A stretch of 64,000 bases of DNA, from positions 192,001-256,000 of the forward strand of contig CAVRAY010000002.1 in NCBI GenBank assembly GCA_963719225.1, read 5' to 3'. Source of the stretch: Thermoanaerobaculia bacterium. GTDB lineage: Bacteria; Acidobacteriota; Thermoanaerobaculia; UBA5066. The notes under the pieces are model-generated. The model ran no database searches and was not told the origin of the DNA. It was given only the letters and a program-made list of their open reading frames with translations. The position numbers and the translations under genes were made by a program. Below, piece after piece: positions 55,922-64,000 of the stretch; the stretch's first letter is position 1; each line of letters starts with the position of its first letter.

Positions 55922-56611
55922 CTAAGAAATCCCTCTCTTCGTTTCCCGCGCCCCGAAAATCGCGCTGCCGACCCGTACGAGCGTCGCACCCTCCTCGATG
56001 GCGGCCTCGAAGTCGTCGCTCATCCCCATCGAGAGCTCCTCGAGGCCGAGCGTTTCGCCGAGGCGCCGGAGGGTCGCGAAGTGCTCGCGCGAGCTTCCCG
56101 GGGGCGGGATCGTCATGAGCCCTCTGAGGTCGAGCGACGGCAGCGCCTTCACGGACGCCACGAGCTGCGCAGCCGCATCCGGCCCGACGCCCGCCTTCGT
56201 GGTTTCTTCGCCCAGCCGGACCTGAACGAGGACGGGAAGGCGCTTCCCCGCCGCTCGCGCTGCGCGGTCGAGCCGCCGGGCGAGATCGTCGGAGTCGACC
56301 GTTTCGACGATCGCGGCGATCTTCGCGGCCCGGTTCGCCTTGTTCGACTGGATCGGCCCGATGAGGTGGCCCGCTGCATCCGCCGGCAGGCGCGGAAATT
56401 TATCCTCCGCCTCCTGCACGCGGTTTTCGCCGAATGCGCGCACGCCTGCCGCATGGGCCGCGAGGAGGTCGGAGAGCGGATACGTCTTTCCGACGGCGAC
56501 GAGGAGGACGGAGTCCTTCGCCCGGCCGCACCGCGCGGCGGCCTCGGCGATGCGCCGCGTGACGTCGGCGACGCGCGCGGCGATCTCCTTCTCCCGCGTC
56601 AGATCCGGCAT
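55922..56611 (-). CDS. yggS: PLP homeostasis protein
   Basis: VAVGKT, FGENRVQE, HLIGPIQSNK, GLMTIPP, LSMGMSDD and VRVGSAIFG motifs. Confidence 0.94.
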   Translation of the reverse strand: MPDLTREKEIAARVADVTRRIAEAAARCGRAKDSVLLVAVGKTYPLSDLLAAHAAGVRAFGENRVQEAEDKFPRLPADAAGHLIGPIQSNKANRAAKIAAIVETVDSDDLARRLDRAARAAGKRLPVLVQVRLGEETTKAGVGPDAAAQLVASVKALPSLDLRGLMTIPPPGSSREHFATLRRLGETLGLEELSMGMSDDFEAAIEEGATLVRVGSAIFGARETKRGIS

Positions 56612-56615
56612 CGCG

Positions 56616-57026
56616 TCACGAGCGCGAAGGGAGAGTCGCGTCGAGCGCGCGGTTCGCGAGAGCGTCCGCTTCGCTGTTCTCCTCGCGCCGGACGTGGACG
56701 ATGCAGAGGCGCTCGATCCCGCGCGCCTTCCGACGCGCCTCCTCCAGGAAGGAGGCGAGATGCGGCGCCTTCATCCGGTACTCACCGGAGAACTGCCTCA
56801 GGACGAGCTGGCTGTCGGCACGGATCTCGACGTCGCGGGCGCCGGAGGCGAGAGCGAGGTCGAGGGCCGCGAGAAAGCCGCGCCATTCGGCGACGTTGTT
56901 CGTCGTCGTGCCGAGCCTCCTCGAATCCGAGAGTCCCGCGGGCGACCAGACCCCGTAGGATGCGGGTCCCGGATTCCCCCGCGACGCCCCGTCGAAGTAC
57001 AGGACGAGGCGCTCCTGGGCCTTCAC
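56616..57026 (-). CDS. rnhA: ribonuclease HI
   Basis: FDGASRGNPG, TNNVAEW, DSQLV and HVRREENSEADALAN motifs. Confidence 0.92.
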   Translation of the reverse strand: MKAQERLVLYFDGASRGNPGPASYGVWSPAGLSDSRRLGTTTNNVAEWRGFLAALDLALASGARDVEIRADSQLVLRQFSGEYRMKAPHLASFLEEARRKARGIERLCIVHVRREENSEADALANRALDATLPSRS

Positions 57027-57742
57027 GGAATCCAGTAGAGGATCCGCTTGCAGCTTTCGCAGAAGACCGTCTCTTTCGAAAGCCTGAGGTCCGAGAGAAG
57101 CTGCGGGCGAAGTCGTACGTGGCACGCCGAACAGGCGGCCGTCTGCGGCCCGACCATGTCGACGCGGGCCACCGCCACACCGGAGCGCTTGTGCCGGATC
57201 TGCTCGAACGTCTTGAGGAGCCGCGGCTCGAGCTCGGCCCTCAGGCTCTTGGCCCGCGCGTTCGCCCGGGCGATCTCGGCGTCGAGGACGGCCTGCTCCG
57301 CCCGCCACTCCTTCATCTGCTCCTCGTATCCCGCCTCTTCGGCGGGGAACTCCTCGTCACGCCGATCCAGCTCCGTCGAAGATCCGGCGACCGTCTCGTC
57401 GAGGGACAGGAGCTCGTCCTCCCGGGTCCTCACCTCGCGCTTGATCCCGTCGATCTCGTTCAGCAAAGCGCTGTATTCGCGGCTCGTCTTCACCGACTGG
57501 AGCTGCTGCTGGTACTTCTTGAGGTGCTCGTTGAGATCCTGGACTTCGCCGTCAAGCGTCTTCTTGCGCTCCTCGGCCTGCGAGAGGACGGCCCCGGCGG
57601 CTTCCCGCTGGCGTCGCGCGTCCCGGTAGGCCGCCTCGATGTGGACGAGGTGGTCCGGGGTCTTGTCCCGGCGTTCGGTTTTCTGGTGAACCTCGAGAAG
57701 AACCTCCTGGAGCAGAAAGAGCCTGTCGAGCGGACTCGTCAT
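57023..57742 (-). CDS. coiled-coil C4 zinc-ribbon protein (HP0958/CT398-like)
   Basis: VKTSREYSALLNEI; CSAC…CESCKRILY. Confidence 0.88.
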   Translation of the reverse strand: MTSPLDRLFLLQEVLLEVHQKTERRDKTPDHLVHIEAAYRDARRQREAAGAVLSQAEERKKTLDGEVQDLNEHLKKYQQQLQSVKTSREYSALLNEIDGIKREVRTREDELLSLDETVAGSSTELDRRDEEFPAEEAGYEEQMKEWRAEQAVLDAEIARANARAKSLRAELEPRLLKTFEQIRHKRSGVAVARVDMVGPQTAACSACHVRLRPQLLSDLRLSKETVFCESCKRILYWIP

Positions 57743-57789
57743 CGTCGCGCTCACCTCGTCATTCCGATCATCTGAACCCCCTAGAAACG

Positions 57790-57813
57790 AAAAAGGGCGC
57801 CTCAACGGCGCCC
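57790..57813 (-). terminator. intrinsic terminator downstream of tRNA
   Basis: GGGCGCC-GTTGA-GGCGCCC-TTTTT on the minus strand. Confidence 0.75.
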
Positions 57814-57914
57814 GGTTGGACGGATCCCCGGCACTCGAAAGCGCCCGTGGGATCGGAAATGTTTCGTCGCGCCCGGATGTCTGTCTCCCTCTCGGTCCCG
57901 TCGGAACCGTCCGG

Positions 57915-57987
57915 TGGGTCCGCCTGGATTCGAACCAGGGACCCGCCGGTTATGAGCCGGTGGCTCTGACCGCTGAGCTACGGACCC
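57915..57987 (-). tRNA. tRNA with CAT anticodon, probably tRNA-Ile2 (lysidine); elongator Met is the alternative
   Basis: GGGTCCGTAGCTCAGCGGTCAGAGCCACCGGCTCATAACCGGCGGGTCCCTGGTTCGAATCCAGGCGGACCCA; follows rpoD as ileX does in E. coli; 3' end reads CCG, so CCA is not encoded. Confidence 0.9.
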
Positions 57988-58014
57988 CGACGGCCGAAGG
58001 GCAATGATAGCACG

Positions 58015-59763
58015 CTACTGCCCGACATCCACGAACGGCCGCAGCTTCTTCGCCCGCGACGGGTGCCGCAGCTTCCGGAGCGCCTTGCTCTCGATCTGCC
58101 GGATGCGCTCGCGCGTCACGTTGAAGCTCTTCCCCACTTCCTCGAGCGTGTGCTCCGACCCGTCGCCGACTCCGAAGCGCATGCGCAGGACCTGCTCCTC
58201 GCGCGGGGTGAGCGTCTTGAGCGTCCTCCGTGTCTGGTCCTTGAGGTTCGCGACGATCACGGCGTCGATCGGCGAGATGACCTGGCGGTCCTCGATGAAG
58301 TCGCCGAGGTGCGAATCCTCCTCCTCCCCGATGGGCGTCTCGAGGGAGATCGGCTCCTGCGCGATCTTCATGATCTTGCGGACCTTCGACGCGGGCATGT
58401 CCATCCGCTTGGCGATCTCCTCGGCGGTCGGCTCGCGGCCGAGCTCCTGCACGAGCGAGCGCTGCGTGCGTGTGAGCTTGTTGATCGTCTCGATCATGTG
58501 GACCGGGATTCGGATCGTGCGCGCCTGGTCCGCGATCGCGCGCGTGATGGCCTGGCGGATCCACCACGTCGCGTACGTCGAGAACTTGTAGCCGCGGCGG
58601 TACTCGAACTTCTCGACGGCCTTCATGAGGCCGATGTTCCCCTCCTGGATGAGGTCGAGGAACTGGAGCCCGCGATTCGTGTACTTCTTCGCGATGGAGA
58701 CGACGAGGCGCAGGTTCGCGACGATGAGCTCCTGCTTGGCCTGGTCGGCCTCGCCCTCGCCTTCGCGGATGAGCTTCATCGTCCGCTTGATCTCGTCGTG
58801 GTCGATCCGGTACTTCTCCTCGAGCTCCTTGAGCATTTGCCGGTACTTTCCGACGCGCCGCTTGTAGAAGTCGCGCCGGACCTCGTTCTTCTCCTTCTTG
58901 AGGTTCCCGACGTCCTGCCGGATCGTGGCCTCGGGCATCGCGAACTGCCGGTCGAGGTCCTTCAGCATGTTGACCATGCGCAGGAGCGTCGCCGGCGTGA
59001 AGTCGATCGCGTGGATGAGGCGCGCGATCTCGGAGATGCGCCGGTCGATCGCCGGATCGACGACGGGGACGGGCTTCGTGGGCGGCACGGGCTTCCCCGC
59101 CGCCTTCGCCTTCGCATGGACGAGCGCCTTGACGGTGAGCTTCTTCGGCTTCAGCGCCGGCCTCTTGCGGTCGGCGAGCTTCCGAAGCTCTCCGTCGAGT
59201 CTCGCGATCTTCTCGAAGTGTTTCTGGATCGATCCGATGCGGTTCGCCGTGCGCGGATCGATCTCGTCGGCCTCCTCGAGGGCGGCTGCGGCGAATTCCA
59301 GGAACCCGCGCGCGACGTTCTTGTCCTTCTTCGCCTGCTCGACGATCTTCAGGATCTCGCCGAGGACGACCTTGTTCGTCGAGAGCGCGCGGTAGATCTT
59401 CGCTTCGCCGTTCTCGATGCGACGGGCGATCGAGACCTCGCCTTCGCGGTCGAGAAGCTTCACCGTGCCCATCTCGCGCAGGTACATGCGCACCGGGTCG
59501 TTCGTCTTCTCGACGGTCGCCGGGTCCGGCACCGTCGTCTCGGAGCCGGCGGCCGGTCCGGCCTTCTTCGTCGCCTTCTCGGGGACGTCCACGACTTCGA
59601 TGCCGTAGTCCCCGAACCGGATGTAGATCTCATCCAGCTCGTCCGGAGCGTTCGCGAGCTCCTCGGGCAGGGCCTGGTAGATCTCATCGTAGAGCAGGTA
59701 GCCCCGCTCCTTGCCGAGGTTGATCAGCGTTCTGACTTCGGGGTGCTTTTCTTCTACCGTCAC
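58015..59763 (-). CDS. rpoD: RNA polymerase primary sigma factor
   Basis: Region 1.1; [36 protein letters not shown] and [16 protein letters not shown] motifs. Confidence 0.97.
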   Translation of the reverse strand: MTVEEKHPEVRTLINLGKERGYLLYDEIYQALPEELANAPDELDEIYIRFGDYGIEVVDVPEKATKKAGPAAGSETTVPDPATVEKTNDPVRMYLREMGTVKLLDREGEVSIARRIENGEAKIYRALSTNKVVLGEILKIVEQAKKDKNVARGFLEFAAAALEEADEIDPRTANRIGSIQKHFEKIARLDGELRKLADRKRPALKPKKLTVKALVHAKAKAAGKPVPPTKPVPVVDPAIDRRISEIARLIHAIDFTPATLLRMVNMLKDLDRQFAMPEATIRQDVGNLKKEKNEVRRDFYKRRVGKYRQMLKELEEKYRIDHDEIKRTMKLIREGEGEADQAKQELIVANLRLVVSIAKKYTNRGLQFLDLIQEGNIGLMKAVEKFEYRRGYKFSTYATWWIRQAITRAIADQARTIRIPVHMIETINKLTRTQRSLVQELGREPTAEEIAKRMDMPASKVRKIMKIAQEPISLETPIGEEEDSHLGDFIEDRQVISPIDAVIVANLKDQTRRTLKTLTPREEQVLRMRFGVGDGSEHTLEEVGKSFNVTRERIRQIESKALRKLRHPSRAKKLRPFVDVGQ

Positions 59764-59806
59764 CGACTTCTCACTTCCACGCGCGCCCGGGAGACCCCGG
59801 GGCGCT

Positions 59807-61670
59807 TCAAATCCGACTCGCGGTTTCCGCCTTAAGTTCCGCCTTCAGGCGCCGGATCTCCTCGACGAGGGCCTGTTTTCGGCGGTAAGCCGCTTCGCGC
59901 CCTTCCACGTTTCCTGCCGCCGCGGCGGTCTGGATCTCCGGCTGGAGGTTTTTTGCCGAGTCCTCCAGAAACCGTATCTTCAATTGCAGCAATGGGATAT
60001 GAATACGACTGAGCCCGCTGTTCTGTTCGCTTTTGTCCCCGTTCGTGTCCCGGCTTTTTTCTCCGCTCTCGCCCGGGGTTTCCGCCCTCGAATTGCCTGA
60101 CTGGAGCAGCAACTCTGCGGCGAGGGGACCCGCATCTGCTCCAAGATGTGACGTAAACTCGGAAAAATCAAGGGTTGCGGGTTCCTCCCCACGAGCCTTG
60201 AGAGCAATAAGTATCTCTTTTGCAATAGGATGCGTGAAAATCTCCGGCGGGAGCCTGACGGCCAGGGCCGCGCTCTCGGGCCAGTCGGTGAGAAGTGCCG
60301 AGAGCACACGTGCCTCCCCCTCCGGCAGGTCCAGGAAAGGGCGGCTTTCCACGGCCCCCGGAGAAGGCTTAACCGGCGCGGGCGCCGTTTTCTTCCCCGA
60401 CGGGACGAGGACGGAAAAGGGGGACGGCGCTGGCCCGGGAGAGCCCGAAAAGGAGTTCGTGGCGAAGGAGAGGATCGGGAGCGGCCGACAGGATATCGGC
60501 GGCTTCCCGCAGTTTCGCGGCGCGCTCCGTCGGGTCCGGCGCGCCCGAGGGAGGAATCCTCTCCAGGAGGGTTTCGAGGAGAGAAGGGCACGCGGCAATG
60601 GCCGCTTTCAACGCCTCCGCGCCGCGCGCGGAAAGGTACGAGTCGGGGTCGTGTCCATCCGGCAGGGCGAGATGCCTCACGTTCACCCCGCGTGCGAGGA
60701 GGAGCGGGAATGCCTTGTAGGCGGCCGCGAGGCCTGGCGCGTCGCCGTCGTACGCGACGATCACCGTCGCCGCCTGTCGCGCGAGGAGGTCGGCCTGAGC
60801 GGGCGTGAGCGCCGTTCCCATCGAGGCGACGGCATTCGGAGCGCCCGCGCGCTCGCACGCGATGCGGTCGAAATACCCCTCGACCAGGAGGACGGTGTCC
60901 TCCTTCCGGATCGCCTCTTTCGCGCGGTCGAGGCCGTAGAGGAGCTTGCCCTTTGAGAACCGCGCCGTCTCCGGCGAATTGAGGTACTTCGGCTGGTCGT
61001 CCCCGAAGGCGCGCGCCCCGAAGCCCAGGAGCTCGCCGCGCGCGTCGCGGATCTCGATCGTGAGGCGGTTCCGGAAGCGGTCGTACACGCGGCCCGTCTC
61101 CGGGTTCTTCTGGAGAAGGCCCGCCTCGAGGGCCGTGTCTTCCTGGACGCGCGGAGCGAGCGAGATTTTCAGCGCGTCCCACGCGTCGAGGGCCGCACCG
61201 AGACCATACGCGCGCGCATCGTCCAGCGAGAGGCCGCGTCTTTCGAGGAGCGCCCGGGCGGCCTCGTGCCGCTCCAGGTTCGCGCGGAAGAAAGCGGCCG
61301 AGAGCGAAAGCGCTTCCGCGACGCGCGTTTCCTTCCCGCGGTCCGCGCGCGTGCCGCCGCGGCGCATCGGGAGCGTGATGCCGGCGAGGCGCGCGAGGTA
61401 GGCGACGGCCTCCGGGAACTCGAGGCGCTCGGTCTCCCTCACGAACGTGATCGCGTCGCCCTTGGCGCCGCATCCGAAGCAGTAATAGAAGCCCTTGTCG
61501 GGATGTACGTGAAAGGAAGGCGTCTTCTCGCCGTGGAACGGGCACAGGCCTTTCCACGAGCGGCCGGCCTTCTTCAGCGACGTCGTGGCGCCGACGAGCT
61601 GGACGAGGTCCGTCGCCGCGAGGACGTCGCGCTTCACGTCGTCCGTGATGTCGTAGACGGGCTCAGACAT
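59807..61670 (-). CDS. dnaG: DNA primase, split by an apparent frameshift near 60415-60423
   Basis: [11 protein letters not shown]…[18 protein letters not shown] and YDGD (60369-61670); C-terminal helical domain continues in another frame to 59807. Confidence 0.88.
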
Positions 61671-64000
61671 CCAGCCTCGCGATCGTGACGGCCCGCCCGC
61701 CTTCCTGCGCGTCGCCCCAGCGATACGACGCGACCCCGGGATGGGTTTGGAGAAACTCGCGAACGGCCGCGGCGAGGCGCCCGGTGCCGTGTCCGTGAAC
61801 GAGGCGGAGCGCGCCTTTGCCGGAAAGGAGAGCGTCGTTGATCGCCTTCTCGACGACTGGCAGGGCTTCGTCGACGCGCTGACCGACGAGGACGACTTCC
61901 TGGGTCGCGACGGCGCCTGAAGATTGTGGCGGGGGAGTCGCCGCCCCTCTCGCGGCGAGGACGGGAGCGCGGACCGATACCGCCCGGCCCGATGGAGCCG
62001 GAGACAGGGAAGCCGCCGCCACCCTCAGGCGCTTGCCCTTGACCTCGACCTCAGCCTCGCCCCGGCCCGCGTCCAGCGCGAGGAGCCGGCCGGTGGTCCC
62101 GAGACTCGCGACGCGGACCTCCATGCCGACGGACACGGGCCCGGATTCGCGAGGAGGCTCATCCCCTCCGAAGAGCGCGAGAGCGGCTTCGCGCGCCGAC
62201 TGCGTGACCGTCATGAGCGCGCCCCTCGAGATCGACCGGCCCGCCTTGAGGTCCTCGCGCATGCGTTCGAGCTCCTGGCGCGTCTTCTCGCGCAGCATCG
62301 CGAGCGCCCGGTCGATCTGCTCTCTCGCCTTCTCCTTCACGCGCGCGCGTTCCGCGGCGAGCCGGGCGCGTTCTTTCTCGAGCTCCAGGAGGCGCGCCCC
62401 GGCCTCCTGGGCGGCCCGCTTCGCGCGGTCCGCCTCTTCGCGGGCGCGGCGCGTCTCGGCCTCGAGCCGCGTGAGGGCCGTGTCGGCGGCCTCCCATTTC
62501 GCGCCGAGGCGCTTTTTCGCGGCGGAAAGGACGCGCGCCGGAAGGCCCGCCTTCTCGGCGACGGCGAGAGCGCGCGACCGCCCGCTCGCCCCGGGACGCA
62601 CGCGGAACGTGGGCCGTCCAGCCTTCTCGTCGAACTCCATCGCCGCCGAGAGGACAAAGGGGCGATCCTGCGCCCACTCCTTCACGAGGGAAAGGTGCGT
62701 CGTCGCCACGCCGACGCCTCCGCGCGCGAGGTCCTCCTCGAGAACCGCGATCGCGAGCGCCGCGCCCTCGTCGGGATCGGTGCCGCTGCCGAGCTCGTCG
62801 ATGAGGACGAGGCTCCTCGGGGTCGCCTCGGAAAGGACGCGCGCAGTGCGCGTCATCGCCGCCGCGAACGACGAGAGATCGCCGAGGAGATCCTGCGCGT
62901 CTCCCGCGACGACGAGCACCTTGTCGAAGACGGGAAGCGTCGAGCCGGCCGCGGCCGGAATCGCGAAGCCCGACTGCGCGAGGAGCGCGAAGAGGCCGAC
63001 CGTCTTCATCGCGACGCTCTTGCCGCCCGCGTTCGGTCCGGAGAGGAGGAGAAGGCGCGATCCCTCGGGCAGCTCCAGGTCCAGAGGCACCGCGTCGGCG
63101 TGGCGTTCCTCGAGCTCGCCGAAGACGTCCGCACGGAGGTCCGCGAGGCGCCGGTCGAGAAGGGGATGGCGCGCCGCCCGAAGGACGAGGCGGTCCGAGA
63201 AGTCGGGGAAGACGCCCGCGACGCGGGACGAGAATTCCGCGCGCGCCTGATACGCGTCCAGCTCGGTGAGGACGTCGACGGCAGCCAGGAGCTCCTCGCG
63301 CCGCGACGAGAACCGCGCCGTGAGCGCGACGAGGATGCGGTGCACTTCCTCGCGCTCCTCTTCGACGGCCTCCGCGAGAGCGTTGTTGTCGTCGACGACG
63401 TCGAGGGGCTCGACGAAGATCGTCTGCCCCGAGCCCGACCGCTCGTGAAGGAGTCCTCCGACGAGCTCGCGGCGATCCGTGCGGACGGGCAGGCAATAGC
63501 GCCCGCCCTTCTCGGTGACATAGCCGCCGGAGAGCGCGTCCGGATGCGCCCGCGCAACCTCCTCGAGCTTCCGGACAACCTCCTTGCGGAGGCGCTGGAT
63601 CGACGAGCGGATCGCGTAGAGCCGCGCCGACGCCGTGTCCTTGACGCGCCCGTCGGGCTCGAACGTGGGCTCGCGCTCCGAGAGGAGGTCCTCGAAGGAT
63701 GCGAGGGGAAAAAGGAGATCGCCGAGGTGGGGGAGCTCGAGGTCGGGTACGGGAACGGCGGCGCGCGCACCTTCCGCCCGCTCGACGAGAAGGAAGAGGT
63801 CGAGGAGGTCTTCAGGCGCGAGCGCGCGGCCTTGGGGACCGAGCCGCGAGACGAGCGGCGCTCCCTCGTCGAGCCCGCCGAGCGGCACCGGCGGCCGGAG
63901 CGCGCGCCGGCTCACGAGATCCCGCGTGACCCCGAGCCGCCGCACGACCTCGAACGCGTTCGGCGACGGCGCGGCGCCCAGGAGCCGGTCGCGGCCGCGC
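61663..64000 (-). CDS. mutS2: MutS2 endonuclease (5' end outside window)
   Basis: SGSGQTIFVEP, SGPNAGGKS, LSSFAA, DELGSGTDP, TTH; Smr domain VHGHGTG. Confidence 0.93.
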   Translation of the reverse strand, partial: RGRDRLLGAAPSPNAFEVVRRLGVTRDLVSRRALRPPVPLGGLDEGAPLVSRLGPQGRALAPEDLLDLFLLVERAEGARAAVPVPDLELPHLGDLLFPLASFEDLLSEREPTFEPDGRVKDTASARLYAIRSSIQRLRKEVVRKLEEVARAHPDALSGGYVTEKGGRYCLPVRTDRRELVGGLLHERSGSGQTIFVEPLDVVDDNNALAEAVEEEREEVHRILVALTARFSSRREELLAAVDVLTELDAYQARAEFSSRVAGVFPDFSDRLVLRAARHPLLDRRLADLRADVFGELEERHADAVPLDLELPEGSRLLLLSGPNAGGKSVAMKTVGLFALLAQSGFAIPAAAGSTLPVFDKVLVVAGDAQDLLGDLSSFAAAMTRTARVLSEATPRSLVLIDELGSGTDPDEGAALAIAVLEEDLARGGVGVATTHLSLVKEWAQDRPFVLSAAMEFDEKAGRPTFRVRPGASGRSRALAVAEKAGLPARVLSAAKKRLGAKWEAADTALTRLEAETRRAREEADRAKRAAQEAGARLLELEKERARLAAERARVKEKAREQIDRALAMLREKTRQELERMREDLKAGRSISRGALMTVTQSAREAALALFGGDEPPRESGPVSVGMEVRVASLGTTGRLLALDAGRGEAEVEVKGKRLRVAAASLSPAPSGRAVSVRAPVLAARGAATPPPQSSGAVATQEVVLVGQRVDEALPVVEKAINDALLSGKGALRLVHGHGTGRLAAAVREFLQTHPGVASYRWGDAQEGGRAVTIARLDV

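Noticed and set aside
1-64000. Many long Arg/Gly/Pro-rich ORFs (e.g. 4492-6993, 17906-20632, 46289-49147, 55151-57775)
   Set aside because: They are antisense or alternate-frame shadows of real genes, expected at this GC content, and carry no motifs.

Overview
A very GC-rich bacterial chromosomal window. The VWA-family protein, the IPTL-CTERM-like protein and the tmRNA tag ANNSDLALAA suggest Acidobacteriota, possibly Thermoanaerobaculia-like; this is inference. Most of it is housekeeping: dusB, rph, murI, amidase, ssrA, higBA, cutA, a cysK/metB-like pair, dNK, ubiA/ubiX, comEA, selB, polA, hutI, divIVA, yggS, rnhA, rpoD, a frameshifted dnaG, mutS2, tRNA-Pro(TGG) and a CAT tRNA. The standout is a 12.7-kb minus-strand peptide-export/RiPP-like cluster at 8189-20928. 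It encodes an acidic PPIase-like protein, a cNMP-domain C39-peptidase ABC transporter, HlyD, a sensor-less sigma54 activator with a sigma54 promoter, a TPR-GT41 glycosyltransferase, and two paralogous Cys-cluster proteins with an RRE-like C-terminus. It also holds an array of 12 tiny genes that the ORF track mostly misses. Ten share a Lys-rich double-glycine leader (one is a pseudogene) and two carry a DLVPRNDPKGG leader. The cores differ, and four resemble separate conserved segments of the T6SS tube protein Hcp (HTDWIEIQSTQW; DLSIPKHIDKASP and DLLITKHIDKASP; GEHIKEVVIEVWR). One core starts like a mature Flp pilin (PTAVE), and one overlaps a DNA fragment copied from a VWA gene. This suggests a system that exports peptide mimics of appendage subunits. 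All family assignments come from motif recognition and recalled sequences, not database searches.
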